Below, in pieces: positions 1 to 9,347 of a stretch of DNA of 24,251 bases (positions are counted from its first letter, which is position 1; each line of letters opens with the position of its first letter). A program made the position numbers and the translations under genes. This stretch comes from a virus. Taxonomy: Duplodnaviria > Caudoviricetes. The notes under the pieces are model-generated. The model did not search any database, was not told the DNA's origin, and worked only from the letters and a program-made list of their open reading frames with translations. The stretch spans positions 1 to 24,251 of IMG/VR virus record IMGVR_UViG_3300025078_000026; one strand, 5' to 3'.

Positions 1-1
1 G

Positions 2-322
2 TTAGATGGTAAGGGCGACTTGCTCCCTGATTTTGAAGTGAAGGAGGATGTTAATTCTCCTGAAGAGCATAAAGAGGCGGCGGTTAAGTTGTATCGTGCC
101 ATTATTGCTGACGAGAAATCAAGTATCACTAATAAGTTAAAGGCACAGGAGCAATTAAACATGCTACTTGGTCTAACTGAACCACAATCTACTCCTGTTG
201 AAGCGGCTAGAGCGATTCAGAACGCTGCGGCGGCTATTTTCGGAGCGTCTTACATCAATAAATTGGAAGAAGAGGCTAGTGATGATGTTGACGAAGACGA
301 ATCCTCAGACGATGATGCCTAA
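2..322 (+). CDS. Probable terminase small subunit, 5'-truncated
   Basis: The frame is open from base 2 (LDGKGDLLPD...), so the TTG at 20 is probably not the start. Helical-looking protein with an acidic C-terminus, ending 2 nt before TerL. The call is mainly positional. Confidence 0.55.
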   Translation, partial: LDGKGDLLPDFEVKEDVNSPEEHKEAAVKLYRAIIADEKSSITNKLKAQEQLNMLLGLTEPQSTPVEAARAIQNAAAAIFGASYINKLEEEASDDVDEDESSDDDA

Positions 323-324
323 AA

Positions 325-1620
325 GTGGGACTAACAGAGCGATGGACAACCCTTCGGTATCACGAAGAACAGCAAAAGTACATGAGAAGTACAACGAGGT
401 TCAATGTAGTACCTGCGGGTAGGCGGTCTGGGAAGACGGAATGTGCTAAAAGACGGGTTATTCTTCGTGCATTAACTGAGACAAAATGGGCAGATGCTTG
501 GTTTGTTTGTGGTGCGCCTACGCACAGTCAGGCAAAGCGTATTTTTTGGGCAGATTTAAAGGCAATGATTCCCAAGAATCTGTTGGCAAAGCCTCCTAGT
601 GAGGGTTTATTGTCTCTTTTTCTAATAAATGGTGCTGAGATTACGGTTTTGGGGCTAGATGCACCTGAACGGATAGAAGGTAGACCTTTAAATGGCATTG
701 TGTTGGATGAATACGGGAATATGAAGGAAAAGGTGTGGGGAGAACACTTGCGTCCTGCATTATCTGACCGTTTGGGTTGGGTGGACTTTATTGGTGTGCC
801 TGAAGGCAGAAACCACTACTACGACTTATACCAAGCAGCAAAAAGAGATGTAACGGGAGATTGGGAAGCATTTACTTGGACAAGTGAGGGGATTTTAGAC
901 CCAAGGGAAATTTCTGCGGCGAAGCGTGACTTGGATGAGTTGACCTATCAGCAAGAATACTGTGCTTCGTTTGTTACATTTGAAGGAAGGGCGTATCACT
1001 CCTTTAATGCGAATACAAATACGAAGCCACTGTTACCTTATGACCCAGATGATGATTTGGTTCTATGTTTTGACTTTAATGTTAATCCAGGCGTTGCTGT
1101 AATGTGCCAAGAGAAGGGAAGTACCACGAATGTGATAGGTGAGATTCATATTCCCAACAATAGCAACACTCCTATGGTTTGTGAAGAGGTTATTGCGGGT
1201 TGGGGTGAGCATCGTGGTAGTGTGATGTGTTATGGCGATGCAACTGGCGGTTCTAGGGGTACGGCACAGGTTCATGGTTCGGATTGGGACTTGATTAAGA
1301 ACTCTTTGAAGCCAGTTTTCGGAAATAGGTTAAAGTTTCGTGTAGATAGAAAGAATCCACGAGAACGAGTCCGTGTGAATGCAATGAATAGTCGAATGAA
1401 AGGTGTAGACGGAACTATAAAAATGCTAGTAGACCCACGAACAGCCCCAATGACAATAAAAGACTTAGAAGGTGTGCGCCTACTTCCTGGTGGTGGTGGA
1501 GAAATAGATAAACGAGTAGACCCTAAAATTACTCACTTAACTGACGCTTTAGGTTACTACATAGCAAAACGGCATCCTGTCAGGGTAAATCGACAAACCT
1601 TCGTAGAGGAGGTGTTGTAA
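325..1620 (+). CDS. terL: Terminase large subunit
   Basis: Walker A AGRRSGKT, Walker B GIVLDE, YQQEY motif, and nuclease motifs DFNVNP and HLTDALGY. GTG start. Confidence 0.96.
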   Translation: MGLTERWTTLRYHEEQQKYMRSTTRFNVVPAGRRSGKTECAKRRVILRALTETKWADAWFVCGAPTHSQAKRIFWADLKAMIPKNLLAKPPSEGLLSLFLINGAEITVLGLDAPERIEGRPLNGIVLDEYGNMKEKVWGEHLRPALSDRLGWVDFIGVPEGRNHYYDLYQAAKRDVTGDWEAFTWTSEGILDPREISAAKRDLDELTYQQEYCASFVTFEGRAYHSFNANTNTKPLLPYDPDDDLVLCFDFNVNPGVAVMCQEKGSTTNVIGEIHIPNNSNTPMVCEEVIAGWGEHRGSVMCYGDATGGSRGTAQVHGSDWDLIKNSLKPVFGNRLKFRVDRKNPRERVRVNAMNSRMKGVDGTIKMLVDPRTAPMTIKDLEGVRLLPGGGGEIDKRVDPKITHLTDALGYYIAKRHPVRVNRQTFVEEVL

Positions 1621-1621
1621 T

Positions 1622-1933
1622 ATGGCTTCTTTTATAAATGCAGAAGGTGACTATGAAGGTAAGGACTCCCCATACCAATTGACGATATACTTGAAGACAG
1701 GTGATACCCTGTGGGTAATAAATAGACACGATAAACTTATTGATATTGCAGATACACTAATGGGAGACAATGAGTATGATGGTGGTGACAACACCGTTGA
1801 CATTAACGGTGTTAAGTTTGTTCCACATCTTGTCCACACCACAGTTTTCGTAAAGCCGTGGGCAGTTGCAGCGTTAGAATTGAATCCAGTTAAGAAAGAG
1901 TTTCTCAAACAAACAAAAGGTCTTTTTACATGA
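1622..1933 (+). CDS. Hypothetical protein (103 aa)
   Basis: GAGGAGG SD upstream; starts 1 nt after the TerL stop and has an ATGA overlap with the next gene. No recognisable motif. Confidence 0.75.
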   Translation: MASFINAEGDYEGKDSPYQLTIYLKTGDTLWVINRHDKLIDIADTLMGDNEYDGGDNTVDINGVKFVPHLVHTTVFVKPWAVAALELNPVKKEFLKQTKGLFT

Positions 1934-2547
1934 ACCCATTATATTGGAGCAGAATTATTGTAATTTGCAGACCCGTTGCGACAGCAATATGTCTTCTTAT
2001 GTTGATGGGTTGTTGGTCTGCTAAAAGTGCAATCGACTCTAGTGCAATAGGGGTTAGAGATTTATCTACAAGTTCTGAAGAGAGATTTGAAAACATTGGT
2101 GGGTTGGCTGAGAGTTCTGAAGCAAGATTTGAAAAGTCAGGTGATTTAGATGGGGTTGCAGAACAGAAGGAGATTGTCTCTCAGGCAGTTGAAGGTGCGG
2201 ATGAGCAAAGAGACATCCAAGGTCTATCGGACTCCATACGGACTGATTTACACGGCGTAGAAGACACGATACCGTGGTGGGCGAACATGACGACTACTGT
2301 TGCGATTGTGATAGGTATTGTTGTTATCTTTGTCTTTCTGTGGCGAAGCGGTATTCTTGGTTTTATTCGTTCGTTCTTCTGGGGCATAGGTTTATTGATA
2401 CCTAAAAGAAAATTACAAGAGGCAGAATTAGATTTAAAGGTCTTGGACGATAGTAGTCCTACCACTTTTCGTGAAAGTGTTGCGAGTAAGAGGGCGAGTG
2501 ACCCTAGTTATGAAGCGGCATACAACAAGGTTAAAGGAAGAACATAG
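1930..2547 (+). CDS. Predicted lipoprotein with a downstream transmembrane helix; u-spanin-like lysis candidate
   Basis: Hydrophobic stretch ending in lipobox-like LMLMG-C, then about 85 aa of acidic helical sequence, then TM segment VAIVIGIVVIFVFLW. Confidence 0.55.
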   Translation: MNPLYWSRIIVICRPVATAICLLMLMGCWSAKSAIDSSAIGVRDLSTSSEERFENIGGLAESSEARFEKSGDLDGVAEQKEIVSQAVEGADEQRDIQGLSDSIRTDLHGVEDTIPWWANMTTTVAIVIGIVVIFVFLWRSGILGFIRSFFWGIGLLIPKRKLQEAELDLKVLDDSSPTTFRESVASKRASDPSYEAAYNKVKGRT

Positions 2548-2548
2548 T

Positions 2549-2668
2549 ATGAATTTTTTAGCAAATTTTGATTTAGGTGAGGCAATTATTTGGCTCGGTA
2601 TTGGTGCAGCATTAGGTTTAGGCTTCAGAAAAGTAATAACAAGATGGATGACGGGGGAATGGAAATAA
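2549..2668 (+). CDS. 39-aa single-TM membrane protein (possible holin-like or lysis accessory)
   Basis: ATG at 2549 follows AAGGAAG and is preferred over the GTG at 2471. MNFLANFDLGEAIIWLGIGAALGLGFRKVITRWMTGEWK exactly fills the gap between its neighbours. Confidence 0.6.
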   Translation: MNFLANFDLGEAIIWLGIGAALGLGFRKVITRWMTGEWK

Positions 2669-2669
2669 G

Positions 2670-3062
2670 ATGCCCGTAGTAGCAAACCAATACAACATAG
2701 TTGTTGAACAAGGTGCTACCTTTTCATTAACAATTACATATAAAGACAGTGACGGCGAACTTATAGACTTAACGGATACTGATGCTCGTATGGAGATTCG
2801 TCAAGAATATACATCCGAAACTGCGTTAGTTACATTGACTAGCGCAGCGGGTGGTTCAGGCAATACAAGCGGTATTGCTTTGGGGGGTGCGGCAGGTACA
2901 ATTGTGGTTGTCATAAGTGATGCACTCACGGGAGCATTAACAGCACCCGCTACGAATGTGTATGACCTTGAACTTGTAACTGCCGATGGTGCAGTAACTC
3001 GTTTAATAGAGGGCAAGGCGACTGTTTCACCTGGCGTAACTGCTTCTGAATATGGTGCTTAA
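2670..3062 (+). CDS. Fibre adaptor / BppU-N-like structural protein
   Basis: IVVEQGATF...YKDSDG...IDLT...YDLEL...RLIEG...SPGVT pattern, commonly seen just before fibre genes. TAATG-coupled to the fibre gene. Confidence 0.65.
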   Translation: MPVVANQYNIVVEQGATFSLTITYKDSDGELIDLTDTDARMEIRQEYTSETALVTLTSAAGGSGNTSGIALGGAAGTIVVVISDALTGALTAPATNVYDLELVTADGAVTRLIEGKATVSPGVTASEYGA

Positions 3063-6013
3063 TGGGCAACATTCTTGAGATAACTGAAACTAGACCTACG
3101 GTTCAAGTTACTGAGGCGGGTAATACGCTTCAGGTGGTTGCACCTAATTCTATTATCATTACAGATGTTACTCCCACGGTAACTGTAACTTCTCCAAGAC
3201 CTCAAGTCATAGTCCAAAACGCAGGAATACAAGGACCAATTGGGCTTAACTGGAGAGGTGCGTGGAGTCTCTTAAATTCTTACCTTAAATCGGACGCAGT
3301 TCATTATGGTGGTTCTTGTTATTATTGTATAGCGGATGTAGGCGCAAATGCCCCAGGGACACCATCTACCGACACAATACACTGGAACTTGTTGGTTTCA
3401 AATGGGGCAACAGGGGTTAATTGGAGGGGGGCATGGAGCATACTCGGTTCTTACGCCGTTCTTGACGCAGTAGAGTATTTAGGCTCTTCATTTATTTGCA
3501 CAACAGCAGTATCAGGAAACAACCCTCCCCCAGATGATTTTGATAGTAATAGCAACTGGGACTTGCTTATAGCCACAGCGTTCGCTCACAAGGGGGATTA
3601 CGATTCATTTTCTCGTTATAAACTTAACGAAACAGTTCTCTATAACGGTCAGATGTGGAGGAGTGCCTCAGATAGAAACGCAGCCACCCCACCTGCCCAC
3701 CCATTTGAGAATACAGCAAACTGGCAATATGTATCGGTAGCAACCCCGCACATGGGTACTTATGATGAAAACACTCTATACTACCGAAACGAAATTGTTG
3801 ACCATTTAGGTAGTTCTTATATATGCAAAGCAGAAGTAAACCTTGCTGACCCACCAGACACATTGAACTGGAACTTAATGTCAAATAAGGGCGACCAAGG
3901 GGTTGAGGGTCTATACTGGCAGGGGGCTTGGAATGCTTTTGGTGGTGTGGACTATATAATTGATGACGCTGTTTCTTATGCAGGTAGTTCTTGGATTTGT
4001 ATTCAAGCACACACAGGAAGCATAGGGCAATATGTCCCAAATTATGTCGGCTCTGTATACTGGGAACAACTCGCTTCAATGGGTGATATAGGTCCTGCTT
4101 CAACTGTTCCAGGTCCGAATGGTGGTGCGTTAGGTGATGGATACATCTACGATGACACTACATCGGGTGGAAGTTCTACAAACGGGTCATGCCGATTTAA
4201 TAATGCTGTTAATTTAACTATAGCAACAAAATGTTGGTTAGCGGATAATGACAAAGACGGGAACGACCTAAGCGAATACATTCTTTCGTTCGCAGACACA
4301 ACAAGTACCATTAAGTGCCACTTAACCATCGCAGCAAGTGGTGACAATCAGAAGTTTCTTTCTTACACTATTGAAAGTATAAGTTCTGGTTTAGGGTTTA
4401 TAGAACTAACACTTACGGATTGTGTGGCGAACTCATCCAATACACCCTTCACCGATGATGACGAAGTGGTTGTTGGTATGTTCAGAACAGGCGACAGGGG
4501 TACAGTTTGGAAAGGTGCGTGGAGTTCTGCTACAGCATACATTTTAGCCGATTCAGTATCCCACGGAGGCTCATCTTGGATTTGTATTCAAGCAGGAACA
4601 GACCACGAACCATTAAGCGGTAGTTCCTACTGGGAGGTTCTAGCAGAAGGTGGAGCAAGTTCAGGTGCAGGTACGGTTGGTAGTGGCTACAAGTTCGACA
4701 CAGCAATAACAGATGACCCATCAGTCGGTGAAGCCCGTTTTAATGCCTCAACTTTCCTCGGCTCAACGAAAGCGTACATCCATGAAGAAGACTTAAAAGG
4801 CGGGAATAACGAAAAACTATTTGTCAATTGGATTGGTAGCAATACATCGGGGGTAATGGGGTATTTGAAGTTGACTTCTAAATCCGACCCAACACGATGG
4901 GCGGGTTGTGAGATTACTCGGCACACCCCTGTTGGCGGTGCTGTCCATGAATTAACAACACAAAACCACGCAACAACACTCGTTAGTAGATTTGATGACG
5001 AAGAGTTAATTACTGTCTCGTTGGTAAGAGCAGGTGACGCAGGATTAAATTGGCGAGACACCTACGACCATAACGAAGCCTACGCCATTGATGATGCAGT
5101 GCATTACAATAGTCGGGCGTTTGTTTGCGTAACAGCACACGACTCGTCAACAGGAGAAGCCCCAAAGAGTGACAACTCAGGTAAGTGGAGATTACTTACT
5201 ACAGGTTTTGAGTATCGTGGGGATTGGTCATCAGAGGTAACTTACAATAAGAATGACATTGTTTTACACGATGGCAGTTCATATATTTGCACAGTTAATG
5301 GTACAGAGGGTTTACCACAACCACAATCTAATTCTGGTTTTTCAGTGTTTGTATCAAAAGGTGACGCAGGGGAAGACGGTTCAAGTGCAGACATGCCCAT
5401 TGGCTCTATTATTATGTGGGTGGCTTCTGAACCGCCTGATGAGAGTTGGAAAATATGCGATGGCAGTTCGTTGCTTAAAGACTCATACGAGACACTTAGC
5501 GATTTACTAGATGATGACGACTACCCATACGGCTCTACTTCAACTCATTTTAACATACCAGACATGAGGCAACAGTTCCCTGTGGGCAGGAAACCATTGA
5601 TAGATGAGGGTTCTTGGGCAACCACTTTAGGTGTTGAAGGTGGTGCATCAACAGTCATACTTTCGGTGCCAAACATGCCGAGCCACACACACGGCGTACT
5701 TGTAGATTTTGTTTTTCGTACAGACGGGCTTGGTTTACTTGACCAATGGCAGAGATTCTTTGAGTTTGATGGTGTTGAGCAAGGCGGAACAGACCCAGAT
5801 ACTTGGAATGACTTGAACGACCACGAAAATACGAGGATGTTTAGGCAAGGATTAACAGGTGAGTATGACCCCGCTTATGCCGAGAGATATGACGAAGGGA
5901 CTGGCACTGGCTCACCAAACTATCTTCAAGAGATGGGTGGAGGTCAAGCCCACGAAAATAAACCCCCTTTCGTAGTGATAAACTACATCATAAAAGTACA
6001 ACTAAACGACTAA
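3062..6013 (+). CDS. Fibre protein: 8 aromatic WxGxW..Y...D.V.Y.GSS[WYF].C repeats, two copies of a ~120-aa domain, and a C-terminal tail-collar domain
   Basis: The repeats are visible in the translation. The collar domain starts near 5393 (MPIGSIIMW..ICDGS..FNIPDMR..PSHTH..HENKPPFVVINYIIK). Confidence 0.85.
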   Translation: MGNILEITETRPTVQVTEAGNTLQVVAPNSIIITDVTPTVTVTSPRPQVIVQNAGIQGPIGLNWRGAWSLLNSYLKSDAVHYGGSCYYCIADVGANAPGTPSTDTIHWNLLVSNGATGVNWRGAWSILGSYAVLDAVEYLGSSFICTTAVSGNNPPPDDFDSNSNWDLLIATAFAHKGDYDSFSRYKLNETVLYNGQMWRSASDRNAATPPAHPFENTANWQYVSVATPHMGTYDENTLYYRNEIVDHLGSSYICKAEVNLADPPDTLNWNLMSNKGDQGVEGLYWQGAWNAFGGVDYIIDDAVSYAGSSWICIQAHTGSIGQYVPNYVGSVYWEQLASMGDIGPASTVPGPNGGALGDGYIYDDTTSGGSSTNGSCRFNNAVNLTIATKCWLADNDKDGNDLSEYILSFADTTSTIKCHLTIAASGDNQKFLSYTIESISSGLGFIELTLTDCVANSSNTPFTDDDEVVVGMFRTGDRGTVWKGAWSSATAYILADSVSHGGSSWICIQAGTDHEPLSGSSYWEVLAEGGASSGAGTVGSGYKFDTAITDDPSVGEARFNASTFLGSTKAYIHEEDLKGGNNEKLFVNWIGSNTSGVMGYLKLTSKSDPTRWAGCEITRHTPVGGAVHELTTQNHATTLVSRFDDEELITVSLVRAGDAGLNWRDTYDHNEAYAIDDAVHYNSRAFVCVTAHDSSTGEAPKSDNSGKWRLLTTGFEYRGDWSSEVTYNKNDIVLHDGSSYICTVNGTEGLPQPQSNSGFSVFVSKGDAGEDGSSADMPIGSIIMWVASEPPDESWKICDGSSLLKDSYETLSDLLDDDDYPYGSTSTHFNIPDMRQQFPVGRKPLIDEGSWATTLGVEGGASTVILSVPNMPSHTHGVLVDFVFRTDGLGLLDQWQRFFEFDGVEQGGTDPDTWNDLNDHENTRMFRQGLTGEYDPAYAERYDEGTGTGSPNYLQEMGGGQAHENKPPFVVINYIIKVQLND
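3989..4594 (+). repeat. 21-bp exact direct repeat TCTTGGATTTGTATTCAAGCA (3989-4009 and 4574-4594)
   Basis: Identical copies encoding SWICIQA in fibre repeats 5 and 6, 585 nt apart (in frame). Confidence 0.85.
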
Positions 6014-6029
6014 TTAAAGAGAGAACATT

Positions 6030-7511
6030 ATGGCAAACGAAGAAAATAATAAAGTAGACTCAACAAGTCTTGAGTATGATGAAATGTCTGCGAAGTGGGA
6101 GTTGTTACACGCTCTTATGGGTGGTACACAAGAAATGAGAAAGGGTAGAACCAAGTGGCTTGCACAAGAACCACGAGAGTCTGCCGAAGCATACATAAAC
6201 AGACTTAATCGTTCTTTTTTGTATAACTCTTATCGAGACACAATAGAAAAACTTGTATCAAAGCCATTTAGTAGACCTGTTCTTTGTTTAGGTGACAAGA
6301 CCGAACAAACAGAAGAGTGGGTTCAAGACATGGATATGAATGGAAGAAATCTTACGCAATTCGCAAGAGATGTCTTTACGGCAGGGGTTACTTACGGGTG
6401 TTCACACATTTTAATTGATTTTCCTCAGTTCTCTCCTACTGCAACTCTTGCAGATGAAAAAGAAGCAGGTGTTCGTCCTATTTTTGTCCATGTTAATCCT
6501 ACACAAGTGATAGGTTGGAGAACTGAAATAGCAAGCAATGGTAAAGAAGTTTTAACACAAGTAAGAATACACGAACAAAAAACAGAGCCAGACGGTGAGT
6601 TTGGTGACAAAGAAGTAGACTACATTAGGGTGTACACACCTCACAATTGGGAACTCTGGAGAAAAGATGAATCAAACAAAGAATCAGATTACTCTCTGGT
6701 TGACTCTAACACACACTCGTTTGGGAGTATTCCTATTGTTACTTATTATGTAGCAAGAACAGGGACGATGACTTCTACACCGCCAATGGAGGATTTGGCT
6801 TGGTTAAATCTTGCTCACTGGCAAAGCATGTCTGACCAACGAAACATTTTAAGGTTTGCAAGGGTTGGCGTGTTATTTGCAGCAGGATTCTCAGAAGAAG
6901 AAATGGAAGAGGGTCTTACAATTGGTCCTAATCAACTTATTCGCTCAACGAATGCAGATGCAAAGGTTAGTTATGTAGAACACAATGGTAACGCAATTGA
7001 AACAGGGCAAGCAGACTTAGACAAACTTGAAGAAAGAATGAAAGTCCTTGGTCTTCAACCTATCGTGCAACGCTCAGGAAATCAGACTGCAACAGGAAGA
7101 GTTCTTGACGAAAGTAGAACACACACATCTATACAAGCATGGATTCGCGCACTTGAAAACACACTACACAAAGCGTTTGAAAAGGCTACACAGTGGACAA
7201 AAACCGAGTTACCTGAGACTTTTTCGATTGATATTAACAATGATTTTGGTCTTTCCGAACGCATTGGTGATGATATTCGCTCCCTCATCGAAATGCGTAA
7301 AGCGGCGTTGCTATCGGGCGACACCTTCTTGCGAGAAGTTAAGAGGCGTGGATTGCTGTCAGAAGTGGTGGATATTGACTCAGAACTGGACGCTATCGAA
7401 GAAGAAGGTCCACCACTCGGATTGCTTTCATTCCCACCTACCGAGGACACAGACGAAGATGAGAATGAAACGAAAGAAAAAGAGGAAACCAAATTAGATG
7501 ACAAGCATTGA
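6030..7511 (+). CDS. Portal protein (DUF4055-like)
   Basis: 493 aa. LMGGTQEMR..WL.QEPRES.EAY..RL.RS.LYN, DMDMNG.NL..F and PPMEDLAWLNLAHWQ motifs; acidic C-terminus; lies upstream of gpF. Confidence 0.9.
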   Translation: MANEENNKVDSTSLEYDEMSAKWELLHALMGGTQEMRKGRTKWLAQEPRESAEAYINRLNRSFLYNSYRDTIEKLVSKPFSRPVLCLGDKTEQTEEWVQDMDMNGRNLTQFARDVFTAGVTYGCSHILIDFPQFSPTATLADEKEAGVRPIFVHVNPTQVIGWRTEIASNGKEVLTQVRIHEQKTEPDGEFGDKEVDYIRVYTPHNWELWRKDESNKESDYSLVDSNTHSFGSIPIVTYYVARTGTMTSTPPMEDLAWLNLAHWQSMSDQRNILRFARVGVLFAAGFSEEEMEEGLTIGPNQLIRSTNADAKVSYVEHNGNAIETGQADLDKLEERMKVLGLQPIVQRSGNQTATGRVLDESRTHTSIQAWIRALENTLHKAFEKATQWTKTELPETFSIDINNDFGLSERIGDDIRSLIEMRKAALLSGDTFLREVKRRGLLSEVVDIDSELDAIEEEGPPLGLLSFPPTEDTDEDENETKEKEETKLDDKH

Positions 7512-7680
7512 TACTAATAATTTAAAGACTGCCCCTGTTTGTGATAGGTGTATGCGACCATTTAGCCCAGTTGTTTGCCACGGTCATGTACAATGTGCGT
7601 TATGTGGGCAGATACAAGTTGGGGGTGATTGTTGTCAGGGAAGTCAGCAAAAAGAATCTGACCCAGATGACGGAGAGTAA
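7498..7680 (+). CDS. Small Cys-rich putative zinc-binding protein (60 aa)
   Basis: CDRC..CHGHVQCALC..DCC. Overlaps the portal end and is TAATG-coupled to gpF; GAGG SD upstream. Confidence 0.65.
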   Translation: MTSIDTNNLKTAPVCDRCMRPFSPVVCHGHVQCALCGQIQVGGDCCQGSQQKESDPDDGE

Positions 7681-8834
7681 TGTCACCTCACCTTGATTTT
7701 GTAGGTTTTTCAGAGAGACAAAAAGCATTAGGGCTTGTTGGCTCAGTAAATGAAGCATTGCATGATGCGTCTATCCTACACGCTGTTTACATGGAAAGAT
7801 TGAAGACCCATGAAGCCAACGCAATAGTTGCGTTTTTAAACGATGAGGTGTTCCCTGATGTTGCTGCTACTTTAGAGAAAAGACTTTCTCGTATAACTGC
7901 TAGAGGGTATGATAGTAATGTTTGGAAAACAAAACGCTACATAGAGATGCTAAAAGGCATAAATGAACTTATTAGTGCAGGTATGTCTAGCGTTAGTGCT
8001 GATGTTAAAAAGCGTCTTGCAGATATTGGTGTGTACGAAGCACAATACCAACATGCTATGTTAAGTAATACGCTTGAACAAGCAGGTGTATTGCATTTAG
8101 TTCCAGAAGTTGTTTTGCCTAGTTCAAATATGTTGCGTTCTATTGTGACAAGCAAACCTTTTGAGGGCAGGTTTTTAAAAGATTGGTGGAAGGGGTTAGA
8201 GAGAAATGCACAAGCGACCATTTCAAGTCAGATTAACATTGGTGTTGCTACTGGTGAATCTACGCCTAAAATTGTTAGGCGTGTTATGGGTACATCGACT
8301 ACTTCTTTTGTTGATGGGGCTTTGCACACGACAAGACGACACACAACAGCAATAGTTAGAACTGCAATCAGCCATATAGCATCCCAAGCAAGAGAAATGC
8401 TTTGGGCTGAGAATAGCGATGTAATAAAAGGAGTTAAATATGTTGCTGTTCTTGATGGGAGAACAACGGATATTTGTAGAACATTAGATGGTCAAGTGTT
8501 TGGAATCTATGAAGGACCTAGACCACCAATGCACCATCAATGTCGTTCAACAACGGTTGCAGTAACTAGGAGTTGGAAAGAATTGGGCATTAACCTAAAA
8601 GAAGCCCCATTGGGTACACGAGCATCAATGAATGGGTTAGTTCCTGCAAATGTAACTTATGCTCAGTGGATTAGAAGACAACCAATAGAGTTTCAAAATG
8701 AAGTAATGGGTAAAGGCAAGGCGGCATTATATAGACGGGGTGTTGTACCTATGGATAAGTTTATTGATAGCAAATATAGACCCTTAACACTAGACCAATT
8801 AGTTAAGTTAGAAGACCTTATGCTTTCTCGTTAG
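7680..8834 (+). CDS. Head morphogenesis / minor capsid protein (Mu gpF, SPP1 gp7 family)
   Basis: AIVRT, AVLDGRTTDICRTLDG and PPMHHQCRS motifs; downstream of the portal. Confidence 0.92.
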   Translation: MSPHLDFVGFSERQKALGLVGSVNEALHDASILHAVYMERLKTHEANAIVAFLNDEVFPDVAATLEKRLSRITARGYDSNVWKTKRYIEMLKGINELISAGMSSVSADVKKRLADIGVYEAQYQHAMLSNTLEQAGVLHLVPEVVLPSSNMLRSIVTSKPFEGRFLKDWWKGLERNAQATISSQINIGVATGESTPKIVRRVMGTSTTSFVDGALHTTRRHTTAIVRTAISHIASQAREMLWAENSDVIKGVKYVAVLDGRTTDICRTLDGQVFGIYEGPRPPMHHQCRSTTVAVTRSWKELGINLKEAPLGTRASMNGLVPANVTYAQWIRRQPIEFQNEVMGKGKAALYRRGVVPMDKFIDSKYRPLTLDQLVKLEDLMLSR

Positions 8835-9081
8835 TTTCAATTTCCCATTGCTGTTCTAGTGCCACAACAATTACCCGTAACCTATCTGCCATCCACTTCA
8901 TATCCCCTTTATCGGGTTCTTTTACTTTGTCACTATTTGCTATTTCCATAAGGATGCGCGGAAATCCCCTTAAAGAACTTAGTAGTCTTTTTGTTGGGGT
9001 ATCTTGAAGTAGTTTTACTACTTCATCTTCAGACATGCCTTCTGTTGTTGTCTGCCAAGAAGGTGAGTGTAGTTTTGCCAT
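8818..9081 (-). CDS. Hypothetical protein (87 aa), last gene of the antisense cassette
   Basis: TAATG-coupled to the HExxH gene; overlaps the gpF 3' end convergently by 17 nt. Confidence 0.7.
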   Translation of the reverse strand: MAKLHSPSWQTTTEGMSEDEVVKLLQDTPTKRLLSSLRGFPRILMEIANSDKVKEPDKGDMKWMADRLRVIVVALEQQWEIETNEKA

Positions 9082-9347
9082 TATAAATTAACCCTACAAC
9101 CTAATTGGAACAAAACTTTTGTAATATCGGTGCTGCTTTCGGTTATGGCTTCCTCGTCCAAATCGGGAAATGCGGCGTGAAGACACTCGTGCAACACAGT
9201 ATCAAGTTGGTCTATGGGGGTCTGGTTACTGGCTATAAGAATACGCTTTTTCGGAGTGTCAGGGGGGTCTATGCTTCCACAACTACCGTCTTGCAGGTAA
9301 TCTACTACCTCCAGACTCCACCTCTTACCTCGTATCTCAACACGCAT
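9081..9347 (-). CDS. Minimal zincin-like HExxH protein (88 aa)
   Basis: G...RILI......DTVLHECLHAAFPDLDEE; TAATG-coupled on both sides. Confidence 0.8.
   Translation of the reverse strand: MRVEIRGKRWSLEVVDYLQDGSCGSIDPPDTPKKRILIASNQTPIDQLDTVLHECLHAAFPDLDEEAITESSTDITKVLFQLGCRVNL

Noticed and set aside
2471-2548. 65-aa version of the small membrane protein
   Set aside because: It overlaps the upstream gene by 77 nt. The ATG at 2549 has an SD and no overlap.
3240-5300. DGR template/variable repeats or a CRISPR-like array in the fibre gene
   Set aside because: The repeats are protein-level and diverged, with no adenine-specific pattern, no reverse transcriptase in the window, and no regular repeat-spacer structure.
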